Source of the DNA: an uncultured Gammaproteobacteria bacterium
Lineage (GTDB): Bacteria > Patescibacteriota > Patescibacteriia > Magasanikbacterales > GCA-002688135
DNA: 64,000 bases
NCBI GenBank assembly: GCA_964536205.1
Contig: CAZHVT010000001.1
Span: forward strand, 69,944 to 133,943
Direction: 5' to 3'
The notes under the pieces are model-generated. The model did not search any database and was not told where the DNA came from. It saw only the letters and a list, made by a program, of their open reading frames with translations. Below are positions 27,506 through 36,995 of the stretch, in pieces. Made by a program: the position numbers and the translations under genes. Each line of letters opens with the position of its first letter. Position 1 is the stretch's first letter.

Positions 27506-28411
27506 ATGATTAAAAAGGCGATTATTCCTGTTGCAGGGTTTGGGACGCGTTTTTTGCCTGCAACAAAAGCACAACCTAAGGAGATGCTCACGTTGGTTGA
27601 TAAACCGGTGATTCAGCATATTGTTGAAGAGGCTGTAGCTGCTGGGATTGAGCAAATTATTTTTGTGACCAGTTCTACTAAGCGTGCGATTGAAGATCAT
27701 TTTGATCGGAATTTTGAGTTGGAGTACCGGCTGCGCCAGAAGAATCGAAAAAAGGAATTGGGGCAGATTTTGGATATTTCTGATTTGTGTACATTTGCGT
27801 ATGTTCGTCAGCGATCGCCACGTGGGGATGGTCATGCGATTTTGAGTGCGAAAGATTTTATTGGTGATGAGCCTGTTGCGATTTTATTTGGGGATGATGT
27901 GATAGATTCGAATGTTCCGTGCATGAAGCAAATGATTCAGTGTTATGACAAGTTTAAATGTCCGATTATTGGAATCATGGAGGTTGATAAGACACAAACG
28001 GGAAGATTTGGTATAATAGAAGGGTCTCATGTTGATGAGCGAACGCATCAAGTTCGGAGTTTGGTTGAGAAGCCAGCGCCGGAAGTAGCGCCATCTAATT
28101 TGGGAATTATTGGGCGATATATTATTACGCCAGAAGTGTTTGATGCGCTGGAAACTGCAAGTGCTTCTCCTGATGGTGAGATTCGTTTGATCGATGCATT
28201 TCGTGGTCTTGTTGGAACGCGTGCAATTTATGCGCATGAGTTTGAAGGGACACGATACGATTGTGGAAATAAATTAGAATTTATGAAAGCTGCGGTTGAG
28301 ATGGGTGTGCAGCATGCAGAAATTGGCGAGGAGTTTGATAGATATTTAACAGAGCGTATGTCGGCACATACACCAGCTCGAATTTTTGAGATGGATTTGA
28401 ATGCCAATTAA
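27506..28411 (+). CDS. galU: UTP--glucose-1-phosphate uridylyltransferase
   Basis: N-terminal IIPVAGFGTRFLPATKAQPKEMLTLVDKPVIQ (G-x-G-T-R-x-LPxTK motif) and typical GalU length. Confidence 0.85.
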   Translation: MIKKAIIPVAGFGTRFLPATKAQPKEMLTLVDKPVIQHIVEEAVAAGIEQIIFVTSSTKRAIEDHFDRNFELEYRLRQKNRKKELGQILDISDLCTFAYVRQRSPRGDGHAILSAKDFIGDEPVAILFGDDVIDSNVPCMKQMIQCYDKFKCPIIGIMEVDKTQTGRFGIIEGSHVDERTHQVRSLVEKPAPEVAPSNLGIIGRYIITPEVFDALETASASPDGEIRLIDAFRGLVGTRAIYAHEFEGTRYDCGNKLEFMKAAVEMGVQHAEIGEEFDRYLTERMSAHTPARIFEMDLNAN

Positions 28412-28540
28412 AATAAATAACAATTACCAAATAACAATTTACAAACAAATCTAAAATTCAAATCTCAAACTCGACAATCGGACGTTTGGAGTTTGGAATT
28501 TAAGATTTGTTTGGTACTTGAGATTTGGTGATTGAGATTT
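28412..28540. repeat. Family-E AT-rich long palindrome between galU and the solute-binding lipoprotein gene
   Basis: ccaaataacaatttacaaacaaatctaaaattcaaatctcaaactcg ... gtttggaatttaagatttgtttggtacttgagatttgg. Confidence 0.6.
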
Positions 28541-28570
28541 ATAAACGATGTACTAGATAACTTAAAATGT

Positions 28571-29992
28571 ATGGGGAGGAAGACTTTTTTAGGGGTAATT
28601 GCAGTTTGCGTATTTTTAGTATTTGGAGGAGCGGCGTGTAAGAATACAGTCGACCCACAACAAGCCGAATTAACGAAGCGTGTGACATTGGATTATTGGC
28701 GACCGTTTGATGCGAGTGATGCGTTTTCGCCGGTGATTCGAAAGTATCGATCGATTCATCCGAATGTTACGATTAATTATCGTCAGATTCGTCCGGAGAT
28801 TTATGAAGAGGAATTGATTCAGGCTTTTGCGGAAGATCGCGGGCCAGATATTTTTGCAGTTCATAATACATGGATGCGTGGGTATCAGAGTAAATTAGCT
28901 GCAATGCCGCAGAATTATGCAATTTCAAATATTGTTCCTAAGGGAGGCTTAGAGGGGAAGACAGTTACCAATGTTCAGGAGAAGCGTGGTTTGACTCCGC
29001 GGCAATTGCAGGCGCAATTTGTAGATGTAGCACTTGATAATATGTTGTTGCCTTTGGATGGTTCCGGGCGTGAGCCGGATTTGGCGACAAGCGGCGTATA
29101 TGGTGTTCCGCTTTCGGTAGATACGATGATGATGTTTTACAATAATGATTTGGTGAAAACAGCTGGGGTTGCGCAGCCTCCTACAACGTGGGTTGGGTTT
29201 CAGTCTGCATTGGAAAAAGTTACAGCAGTTGAGAAAGGCACCTTAAGATTGATTCGTCCTGGGGCTGTGATTGGTACGGCGGAGAATGTTCCGCGCGCAA
29301 GTGATTTGTTGGCGCTTATTATGATGCAAGCGGGCGCTCAAATGGTGGATGATTTTGGTTTTGCATCGTTTCATAAAAATCCCCCTGGGCTAGATCGTGC
29401 GACACCTCCAGGAATTGATGCGTTGCGTTATTACATTGATTTTTCAATTCCTCCTCGTAAAGCGTATACATGGAATGCGTTGCAGCCGGATGGACTTGAG
29501 GCATTTATTCGTGGGCAGGTTGCATATATGTTTGGATATTCATATCAGCTGCCATTGATTAAAGCTCGTGCGCCGAAGTTGCCTGTGGGTGTTGCGCCAG
29601 TACCACAACAATTACCAGAGTCACCAATTAATATTGCGAATTTCTGGTTGGAAGGTGTTTCGAAGAAGTCTGAAAGTGCGACATGGGCGTGGGATTTTCT
29701 ATTGTTTCAGTCGAGTGCAGATCATGTGAAGGATTATTTGGATATAACTCAAAAACCTACTGCGTTGCGTGCTTTGATTGATGAGCAACGAGAGGATTTA
29801 TTTTTGGGACCTTTTGCAGAACAGGTTTTGACAGCACGAACATGGTATCGAGGAAAGGATGGGGATACTGCAGATGGAGTTATGCGTGAATTAATTACGC
29901 AGGCGAAGTTGGCGATTGAAGCTGCGAGTGATGCGGAGTTTAATAAGGCTGTGAAAAATGCTGTTTCGAAGATTAACCAAACAGTGCAGTAG
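28571..29992 (+). CDS. Extracellular solute-binding lipoprotein (ABC transporter substrate-binding protein, family 1, sugar-type)
   Basis: Lipoprotein signal (VFLVFGGAACKN). About 470 aa alpha/beta periplasmic-binding-protein-like sequence. No adjacent permease in the window. Confidence 0.55.
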   Translation: MGRKTFLGVIAVCVFLVFGGAACKNTVDPQQAELTKRVTLDYWRPFDASDAFSPVIRKYRSIHPNVTINYRQIRPEIYEEELIQAFAEDRGPDIFAVHNTWMRGYQSKLAAMPQNYAISNIVPKGGLEGKTVTNVQEKRGLTPRQLQAQFVDVALDNMLLPLDGSGREPDLATSGVYGVPLSVDTMMMFYNNDLVKTAGVAQPPTTWVGFQSALEKVTAVEKGTLRLIRPGAVIGTAENVPRASDLLALIMMQAGAQMVDDFGFASFHKNPPGLDRATPPGIDALRYYIDFSIPPRKAYTWNALQPDGLEAFIRGQVAYMFGYSYQLPLIKARAPKLPVGVAPVPQQLPESPINIANFWLEGVSKKSESATWAWDFLLFQSSADHVKDYLDITQKPTALRALIDEQREDLFLGPFAEQVLTARTWYRGKDGDTADGVMRELITQAKLAIEAASDAEFNKAVKNAVSKINQTVQ

Positions 29993-30171
29993 TGAGTTGA
30001 GCGACTTCCATTTTGGGTGATATATGCTCGCTTCACAAAACGTTTATTCGTCGTACGTTCAGTACGACTCACTGCACGTTTTGTTCCAGCAGTGCATATC
30101 TCATCCCAAACTGAAAGTCTTCACATCTGTGGAATAACTAATATATTATGTTAAGGAGGATGAAAGTATTA

Positions 30172-30588
30172 ATGGCGATGATTCCGATGATGTTCGGGTT
30201 GTTTGTGTTTGTACCGCAAGCGGTTGATGCGCAGGTTTTGTTTAAGATGCCTGATTGTGCGACCACGAAAGATGTGAAGAAGGCTGGAAATTGTCAGTTG
30301 AATGATGCAGTGAATACATTAATCGCAGTGGCTGAATTTATTTTTGGAATTTCTGGATCGTTGGCGTTGTTGATGTTTATGTATGGAGGATTTACATGGG
30401 TGACGTCTGGAGGACATGAACAGCGTATTTCAAAAGGAAAAGATATTGTCCGTAATGCTGTTGTTGGTTTGATCATTGTATTTATGTCTGCTGCTATTGT
30501 TCAGTTTGCATTAATATCGCTGGATGTTGATGGTAGTTTCAATTTCTTGAAAGGAAAAGATGGTGGAAAGGTTGAACAGCAAATATAG
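30172..30588 (+). CDS. TrbC/VirB2-type pilin-like protein, paralog 1 of 9
   Basis: Signal peptide, then C-terminal hydrophobic hairpin with LMFMYGGFTWVTSGGHEQ and a second TM. AAGGAGG RBS upstream. Confidence 0.65.
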   Translation: MAMIPMMFGLFVFVPQAVDAQVLFKMPDCATTKDVKKAGNCQLNDAVNTLIAVAEFIFGISGSLALLMFMYGGFTWVTSGGHEQRISKGKDIVRNAVVGLIIVFMSAAIVQFALISLDVDGSFNFLKGKDGGKVEQQI

Positions 30589-30606
30589 AGGAATAATTAT
30601 TTTTTT

Positions 30607-32091
30607 ATGATGCGAAGGCTTACTACGTATGCTGTTATGTTTGTTGGCCTTTTTTTGTTTTTTGGTGTTGCGGGTGTAAATGCAGCTCCACCGGCTTCGT
30701 ATTATGGGCCTATTAATGCGGCGGGGTGTAAGGCGGATTTAAAGGAGTGTTCTGATGATTTGTCAAGTAAATGTGGTTGGAAAGCACCGGATAATTATTA
30801 TATTGCAGAAAAAGCACTGAGCTCGAATATTTGCGATGATTGGAGTGCGACTGAATGGAAAACCATACACAACTTTTTTGGACCTTGTTATGATTGGCAT
30901 TGGTCGCAATCTACTACGTTTCCATTTGATTCTAGTAAATCTAAATATGGTCATTTAGCAGGAGGCGTAAATACTCCGAAGTGGAAATTTGCGCAGCCAA
31001 CAGATGCTCGACAAAAGCCCGGAGCCGGACCATGGTCAGAGAAGCAGGCGTGTGATCATTTTTTTGGGAACACAAATACAAAGTTTGCGTTATTTTCCGC
31101 GGGAATTACCAAGAATAATTGTGTATCGAAAGCAACGCAATGTAAGGAGTTGTATGAGAAATGCAATTTAACAGGAGGTAAGAATGATTTTAGTGATCCT
31201 CAAAAGTTATGTAATCAAGTGTTGTCAGATGATTCACAGGTTGGAGGTAAATTCACATTGTTTGATCAATGTGCAGATGGTTTGGCAAAGTTGGCTAAGC
31301 CAGTACCGGGAGATCCGTTTTGTAAGCAGGCAGAAAAATTATCTGAAGGTAAAAAGTGTCAGTGTTTGGGTGGTGTGATAGAGGCTAAGTATGGGAATCA
31401 TGGGTTGCAGCCCGGTGATGCGAGTTGTTGTCAGACATGTAAAACGGCAAAAATTAAATTTGATGATAAGGAAGTTTCATGTGCTACTGCTTTGAAAATA
31501 CCTACCTTGAAAGATAATTGTTCTTGTGAGGGTGTGGCTCAAACATATGCATTACAGAAAACTGGAAGTGAATTGAAAAAGCAATGTTGTGGGTTGTGTG
31601 CTTCTCGTGGTTTTGAGAAAAAAGTTTCAAAAGTGAAGTTTGGTTCTGGTGAGGTTGGTGTGTGTGGTGGGTATTCATGTGGTGATGGTAAAACACCGAA
31701 ATTAACTAATCCATCTGCAAATCCTGCGTTATTGAAAAAACAATTGTGTAAGGCATGTACATCAGAAGAAGTTGTTTTGAATGGTTCGAAAGAGAAGTGT
31801 GCTCGTGTTATTACGGTGAATCCTATTAAGGCGTATCCGGATCCACTGGCTGCTTCGGGGGTTAATAACCCGCAAAAGTTTATTGCGAATTTAATTAAAA
31901 CATTCTTGGGAATTATTGGATCGATTGCGTTGGCGCTTGTGGTGTATGGTGGATTTATTTGGATGACGTCTGCTGGTGAGACCGCACGTGTAGAAACAGG
32001 ACGCAAAACTGTTCAGTGGGCAGCATTTGGTCTTGTTGCTGTATTTAGTTCATATGTTATTGTTGCATTTATTTTTAAATCGTTGGGTTAA
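30607..32091 (+). CDS. Large cysteine-rich secreted protein (494 aa) fused to a C-terminal TrbC/VirB2-type pilin-like domain, paralog 2
   Basis: Signal peptide (MMRRLTTYAVMFVGLFLFFGVAGVNA), about 400-aa ectodomain with more than 30 Cys, and C-terminus FIANLIKTFLGIIGSIALALVVYGGFIWMTSAGETARVETGRKTVQWAAFGLVAVF. Confidence 0.65.
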   Translation: MMRRLTTYAVMFVGLFLFFGVAGVNAAPPASYYGPINAAGCKADLKECSDDLSSKCGWKAPDNYYIAEKALSSNICDDWSATEWKTIHNFFGPCYDWHWSQSTTFPFDSSKSKYGHLAGGVNTPKWKFAQPTDARQKPGAGPWSEKQACDHFFGNTNTKFALFSAGITKNNCVSKATQCKELYEKCNLTGGKNDFSDPQKLCNQVLSDDSQVGGKFTLFDQCADGLAKLAKPVPGDPFCKQAEKLSEGKKCQCLGGVIEAKYGNHGLQPGDASCCQTCKTAKIKFDDKEVSCATALKIPTLKDNCSCEGVAQTYALQKTGSELKKQCCGLCASRGFEKKVSKVKFGSGEVGVCGGYSCGDGKTPKLTNPSANPALLKKQLCKACTSEEVVLNGSKEKCARVITVNPIKAYPDPLAASGVNNPQKFIANLIKTFLGIIGSIALALVVYGGFIWMTSAGETARVETGRKTVQWAAFGLVAVFSSYVIVAFIFKSLG

Positions 32092-34291
32092 GTTTTTAGC
32101 TGCTTTCTCGATTGTGTATGCGGCGCTTTTTGGGTTGGTTGGGGGTGTTAGTGCTGATCCTGTGGTTGAGACTGATCCTAATACAACGGTAAAAGTTGAT
32201 TCTTGTTGCCTGTATTTTCAGTCTGTTCCAAGCTCAGCATGTTTTGCTACGAATTTGCCGTATACGTTAAATACTAAAGGCTATGTTAAGAGTGGAAAGC
32301 AGGCATTTCCCTGTAAACAGTCTGGTGACGATTTGGTTTTAGGTGTAGATGTTCCTGTTAATTTTGTGGGAGCATACCAAACATCTGATAAATCATGTTT
32401 AAGTACGATTTCGTATTCTTCAGACTTTGCTTCTTTGGATGATCAACAATATTTGTTGGAATTGTCTGGTGGCAAGAAAACAAACGATCTTGATGTAAAA
32501 ATTGAGATTAGTAGCTGGTGTGAAACTGGCATGAACCTTCATAATAAGAGCACGTATGTTCCGAATTTTTCAAAAGAGTTAAGTCAGGCTATTGTAAAAG
32601 CGAAGGAAGATGAGAAGGCTGCGGCTGATGCAAGCAAGCCTTGGGTTGTGTTGCAATCTCAGGAGGCTGCTTTTAATAAAGAGTTTAAGGGGTGTTGTAC
32701 GTATTACGAAGGTTCTGGTCCTTCTAATCAATGTGTCACAATTAAAGATTTATTAAAAAATGGTTCGAATGCAAAAAAGTTTGATTGTAAGACATATAAG
32801 GATAAGATGGTTAATTTTAATTTGCAGATAGTTCCTCATAATTTTTTAGGTGGATATCCAACAAAAGAAAATATCAAAGATGGCCCAAACTGTAACCCGT
32901 TTACAAATTCAGGAGCTACTTTGAATTATACTAAGTATGACACCCAGCAAAAAACTGATTTTTCTTTTAAAAAAGACATTGATACTTCAGAGTTTTGTGT
33001 GACTGCATTTGATGTGATGGGTCAGACAAAGTTGTTTGATTATTTTCAGGGTGAGGAGAAGAAGACTGAAGGAGTTTTGCCGGCAATGGAAAAGCTGGTG
33101 AAGGATTATTTTGATAGTAAGAAAAAGAAATTTTGTTGCATTCCTTCAAAGAAGTCTGCAGATACTGCGTGTCATGTGCCATTGTATAACGATGCTGATA
33201 TAAAGAAGTTGGCCGAAATGTTTGCGGGTACGAAAGCTTCTGATTCTAGTTTTGATGCGAAATCGGTTTTAGATATTTGGTGGAATGATACCGCAGGTGA
33301 TAAATATAAGGCTGGTACGGTTTTTGCATCGAACTTTTTTTCCTGCACTCCAAAAAATACCGTGATCAATACGGACACGGGCGCTGGTTTTAAACCGATT
33401 GATAAGAAGGTTTCTGTAACGGATTTTTGGATGCTCACGCAAGATTGTAAGTCTACTACCATACTCCCTGTTACAGATGCGTGGGGGAATGATGTGAAGC
33501 CGTGTAATGATGGTGATCAGAGTTGTTTGGATTCATATGCAAAAAAGTATCCGAGTGGGATGAGTGGTTTGACTGCGGCGAAGCGTTGCGCTGCTCCTAA
33601 TTTGTTTTGTCTTTGTAATAGTAAAGATTGTGTCGATACAATTTATCTTAGTAAGGTGAAGATAACTGGTGCAGAAAAGGATAGCAAGTCATGCGATGAG
33701 GCTGCAAAAACCGCGGAGCCATCTGAAGGTTGGAAGTGTAAAAAAACGACGCATGATAGCATTGTTGATCCAAGTAAGACTGCTGCGGATGGTACGAAAG
33801 GAGTTGAGTCTTGTTGTATGTTGTCGCCGGATAAAAAATGTAAAAATACCTTTACAACGAAGTTGGATAAGTTTGAGTGTGGGGATGGGAAAAAGGTCCC
33901 TATTGTTACGCCCGCTATTCAAGAACAGGTTTTGTTGAAACAGGTGTGTACTGCATGTCAGACAAAGACAGTGAAGCTGAAAGATGGAGAGAAGGATTGT
34001 ACTGTTGTTACAGAATTGCCAGATATTGGGGCATTCCCCAATCCTTTGGGGCAATCGGGGATTAATAATCCGCAATCGTTTATTGCGAATTTAATTAAAA
34101 CGTTTTTGGGGATTCTTGGTTCGATTGCGCTAGCATTGGTTGTGTATGGTGGATTTACATGGATGACATCTGCTGGCATACCTGAACGTGTGGAAGCTGG
34201 TCGCAAAACTGTTCAGTGGGCAGCGTTTGGTTTGGTGGCTGTGTTTGCTTCCTATACTTTGGTGAAATTTATTTTTGATGCGCTTGGATAA
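32054..34291 (+). CDS. Very large cysteine-rich secreted protein (about 745 aa) fused to a C-terminal TrbC/VirB2-type pilin-like domain, paralog 3
   Basis: C-terminal 90 aa nearly identical to paralog 2 (FIANLIKTFLGILGSIALALVVYGGFTWMTSAGIPERVEAGRKTVQWAAFGLVAVF). More than 40 Cys in the ectodomain. The start is uncertain (ATG at 32054, or an upstream TTG overlapping the paralog 2 stop). Confidence 0.6.
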   Translation: MLLLHLFLNRWVKFLAAFSIVYAALFGLVGGVSADPVVETDPNTTVKVDSCCLYFQSVPSSACFATNLPYTLNTKGYVKSGKQAFPCKQSGDDLVLGVDVPVNFVGAYQTSDKSCLSTISYSSDFASLDDQQYLLELSGGKKTNDLDVKIEISSWCETGMNLHNKSTYVPNFSKELSQAIVKAKEDEKAAADASKPWVVLQSQEAAFNKEFKGCCTYYEGSGPSNQCVTIKDLLKNGSNAKKFDCKTYKDKMVNFNLQIVPHNFLGGYPTKENIKDGPNCNPFTNSGATLNYTKYDTQQKTDFSFKKDIDTSEFCVTAFDVMGQTKLFDYFQGEEKKTEGVLPAMEKLVKDYFDSKKKKFCCIPSKKSADTACHVPLYNDADIKKLAEMFAGTKASDSSFDAKSVLDIWWNDTAGDKYKAGTVFASNFFSCTPKNTVINTDTGAGFKPIDKKVSVTDFWMLTQDCKSTTILPVTDAWGNDVKPCNDGDQSCLDSYAKKYPSGMSGLTAAKRCAAPNLFCLCNSKDCVDTIYLSKVKITGAEKDSKSCDEAAKTAEPSEGWKCKKTTHDSIVDPSKTAADGTKGVESCCMLSPDKKCKNTFTTKLDKFECGDGKKVPIVTPAIQEQVLLKQVCTACQTKTVKLKDGEKDCTVVTELPDIGAFPNPLGQSGINNPQSFIANLIKTFLGILGSIALALVVYGGFTWMTSAGIPERVEAGRKTVQWAAFGLVAVFASYTLVKFIFDALG

Positions 34292-34336
34292 TGTTGTGTG
34301 GATGTCTATTTCAGATAATTTTGCTATAATACAGAC

Positions 34337-34900
34337 ATGATTATGAGGAGAGTTTTACTATTTTTGCTTGTCGTGTTTTGCGTATTTGGTGTTTTTGAAT
34401 ATGTTGATGCTGCGACGCTTAAGGAATGTGAATCTGCTCAAGCTTTGTGTATCGATAATGCTGCTGCAAAATGTTTGGTTGATGTTGCGTGTATATCCAG
34501 TGAAACTGCTTTGTGTGGTGGGCAATTTTTAAAATGTAAGGAATCTGTTGAGGGAGCTTCATCTGAAGGTAGTTCTGGTGAGAGCGAAAAAGCATCTTCT
34601 GGTACGGATTTAGTTAATCCGTTAGGTGGAAAACCAGGATCAGCTGAATCTGCAAAGGGCATCACTAGTGTGCAGTCATTGGTTGGTAAAATTATTGCGA
34701 TTGCTTTGGGATTCTTGGGATCATTGGCCTTATTATTTTTCATTTATGGTGGATTTTTGTGGATGACTTCTCGTGGTAAACCTGAAATAATTACCAAAGG
34801 TACGAAGACGATGTTGTGGGCTGCGATTGGAATTTTCTTTGTCTTCTCAAGTTATTCGATATTGATTTTTATCTTGAATGCGATTGGGGCGAAGGTTTGA
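34337..34900 (+). CDS. TrbC/VirB2-type pilin-like protein, paralog 4
   Basis: Signal peptide, Cys-containing N-region, C-terminus LFFIYGGFLWMTSRGKPE plus a second TM. Confidence 0.65.
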   Translation: MIMRRVLLFLLVVFCVFGVFEYVDAATLKECESAQALCIDNAAAKCLVDVACISSETALCGGQFLKCKESVEGASSEGSSGESEKASSGTDLVNPLGGKPGSAESAKGITSVQSLVGKIIAIALGFLGSLALLFFIYGGFLWMTSRGKPEIITKGTKTMLWAAIGIFFVFSSYSILIFILNAIGAKV

Positions 34901-35077
34901 TGAATATTTGTGAGGGTTGATTTAGTCATTCTTCACAAGTAATTATTTACTTGATAACCCCGGCTTGTCGTTGGGATAATATCCTTTAAAAGGTCGAAGA
35001 CATGTGGAATCGTGTGCTGCAGCTTTCTGTACAGGTACACGACTATACATTCGGGTAGAAATTAAATTATAGACTTT

Positions 35078-35494
35078 ATGAATACATTTATGCGAAGAGC
35101 TATGGTAGCAGGTGCTACTGTGGCTATGTCAGCAGGAATGATGCTGCCTCATATGGTTGGCGCTGCTCCTACTGCTGCAGAAAAGGAAAAAGAATTGTTT
35201 CAAGGATTGACAGGTGAAAATGTTGCAGGAAATCTTGGTCAATCAAACCAAAATTTGACTGTGACAGTCGCTAAGTTGATCCGAAATTTCCTTGGATTGC
35301 TTGGTATTCTTGCTGTTATCATCGTGGTGATTGGTGGTTTTGAATGGATGACTGCAGGAGGAAACACAGAAGGTGTTGATAATGCAAAGAAACGAATTTT
35401 GCAGGGTGTTATTGGTATGGCTATTGTGCTGTCGGCGTTTGCCATAGCGCAGTTTGTCATCGGCGCTCTGACGAAATCCACTACTGCTGGATAG
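35078..35494 (+). CDS. TrbC/VirB2-type pilin-like protein, paralog 5
   Basis: Signal peptide. C-terminus IIVVIGGFEWMTAGGNTEG plus a second TM. Confidence 0.65.
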   Translation: MNTFMRRAMVAGATVAMSAGMMLPHMVGAAPTAAEKEKELFQGLTGENVAGNLGQSNQNLTVTVAKLIRNFLGLLGILAVIIVVIGGFEWMTAGGNTEGVDNAKKRILQGVIGMAIVLSAFAIAQFVIGALTKSTTAG

Positions 35495-35555
35495 CGGTGT
35501 TGGAACATATCATGTATAATAAGAGTAGTGTTAATCGCTACTCTTATTTGTTTAT

Positions 35556-36107
35556 ATGGTTTCAGTGACTTTTAGAAGAGATTATTTTATTGTCGGGTTG
35601 TCCCTGTTATTTTTGGGATTTTTGTTTGTTGCGCAGCCTGCGTATGCTGGGAAATGTGAGGATGTTTTGCAGACATGTAAGGAGAGCGCAACAGCTGGTT
35701 GTGCGGATAGTCCTGATTTAAATTGTGTTGAGAAAGCAGAGGCTGCGTGTACTGCTTCTTTGGATATATGTAAGCAAGCCGAAGCATCTGCTGCGCAAAA
35801 AGATACTGATGAAGGGTCGACGTCAAATGATTATGGGCTAAAAGAAACAGCTGATGCCGCTGACTTACCAAATACTGATACAAATGTTGCTGGTTTAGTT
35901 GGAAAAATTATTCAAGCTGCGTTATCATTAGTTGCGACAATATTCTTTTTCTTGATGGTATATGGTGGATTCTTGTGGATGACAGCTCGGGGAAATTCAG
36001 ATCAAATAGGAAAAGCGAAAGATTTAATTACACAGGCAATTGTTGGTGTGGTGGTTATTTCTGCGGCGTGGGCGATTACCAATTTTGTTATAAGTAGGAT
36101 AGGATAG
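35556..36107 (+). CDS. TrbC/VirB2-type pilin-like protein, paralog 6
   Basis: Signal peptide, Cys-rich N-region (six Cys), C-terminus FFFLMVYGGFLWMTARGNSDQ plus a second TM. Confidence 0.65.
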   Translation: MVSVTFRRDYFIVGLSLLFLGFLFVAQPAYAGKCEDVLQTCKESATAGCADSPDLNCVEKAEAACTASLDICKQAEASAAQKDTDEGSTSNDYGLKETADAADLPNTDTNVAGLVGKIIQAALSLVATIFFFLMVYGGFLWMTARGNSDQIGKAKDLITQAIVGVVVISAAWAITNFVISRIG

Positions 36108-36112
36108 TTTGT

Positions 36113-36517
36113 ATGATGAGAACAATAACGTTTTCTATTATTGCGAGTTTGTTTTTGGTGTTGCCTATGGCAGCGCAAGATAAGCCATCTCCTGTTGATA
36201 CTACTCCTGAAGCTGCGTCTGGGAAGTATGGATTGGATGCGACGGTTGGTGCTGCTGCACAAGAAGGAGTTCCTATTCCAAATACAGACAAAAAAGCAAC
36301 TGGAATTATTGGTAGTGTGCTTGGTGGAGTTTTATCAATGATTGGAACGATATATTTCTTTCTGATGTTATATGCTGGATTTACGTGGATGACTGCACGA
36401 GGTAAGAGTGAATTGATTGATAAATCTAAGAACATTATGATTCATGCAACGGTTGGTGCGGTGTTGGTTGCTGGGTCGTTTGTGATTGTGAAGTTTGTGA
36501 TTGATGCGCTGGGTTAG
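36113..36517 (+). CDS. TrbC/VirB2-type pilin-like protein, paralog 7
   Basis: Signal peptide. C-terminus YFFLMLYAGFTWMTARGKSEL plus a second TM. Confidence 0.65.
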   Translation: MMRTITFSIIASLFLVLPMAAQDKPSPVDTTPEAASGKYGLDATVGAAAQEGVPIPNTDKKATGIIGSVLGGVLSMIGTIYFFLMLYAGFTWMTARGKSELIDKSKNIMIHATVGAVLVAGSFVIVKFVIDALG

Positions 36518-36585
36518 CGTAATGCGTAAAGCGTAAAGCGTAAGTGGTTTCCCGCATTACGCATTACGTTTTACTCTTTACTAAC
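36518..36585. repeat. Family-B-like short palindrome (gcgtaatgcgtaaagcgtaaagcgtaag...cattacgcattacg) between pilin paralogs 7 and 8
   Basis: Shares the taaagcgtaa word with the other family-B copies. Confidence 0.5.
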
Positions 36586-36589
36586 ATAT

Positions 36590-36991
36590 ATGACATTATC
36601 GATAACCAAAAAACAGGTGGGAGCTTTTTTTGTGTGTTTGATGCTTTCGGGTATGCTTTTTGCGCCTCGGCTTACGCAGGCAAAGCTTGGTTTGGATGAG
36701 GCTAAGAATGCAGCAGATAAATCTGGTGGTTTTAATACGAATGAAGAGGAGGCTGGCGTTGCTGCTATTGCAGGAAAGATCATTCAAGCGCTTATTAGTT
36801 TGCTTGGAATTATATTTATTGGTTTGACGGTGTATGCAGGATTTTTGTGGATGACAGCTCGTGGAGAGACTGAACAGGTTGATCGATCTAAGAAAATGTT
36901 GACTCAAGGGGTGATTGGGATGGCGATTATGTTGGCTGCGTGGGCGATTACTAATTTTGTGTTAAGTCGGTTGATTGATGCAACCGGATAA
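36590..36991 (+). CDS. TrbC/VirB2-type pilin-like protein, paralog 8
   Basis: Signal peptide. C-terminus FIGLTVYAGFLWMTARGETEQ plus a second TM. Confidence 0.65.
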   Translation: MTLSITKKQVGAFFVCLMLSGMLFAPRLTQAKLGLDEAKNAADKSGGFNTNEEEAGVAAIAGKIIQALISLLGIIFIGLTVYAGFLWMTARGETEQVDRSKKMLTQGVIGMAIMLAAWAITNFVLSRLIDATG

Positions 36992-36995
36992 TTAT

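Noticed and set aside
32027-32091. Upstream extension of pilin paralog 3 (MVLLLYLVHMLLLHLFLNRW...) overlapping the end of paralog 2
   Set aside because: The 32027 codon is TTG, and the extension would place about 20 extra residues ahead of a plausible signal peptide. The ATG at 32054 was preferred, but the true start is uncertain.
36590-36907. Many antisense or overlapping ORFs in the track (for example 36596..36907-, 33689..34075-, 15666..16502-, 12781..13392-, 48618..49379-)
   Set aside because: They lie opposite or inside strongly supported genes (pilin paralogs, the P-type ATPase, epmA, yebC), lack RBSs and have low-complexity translations. They are treated as spurious.
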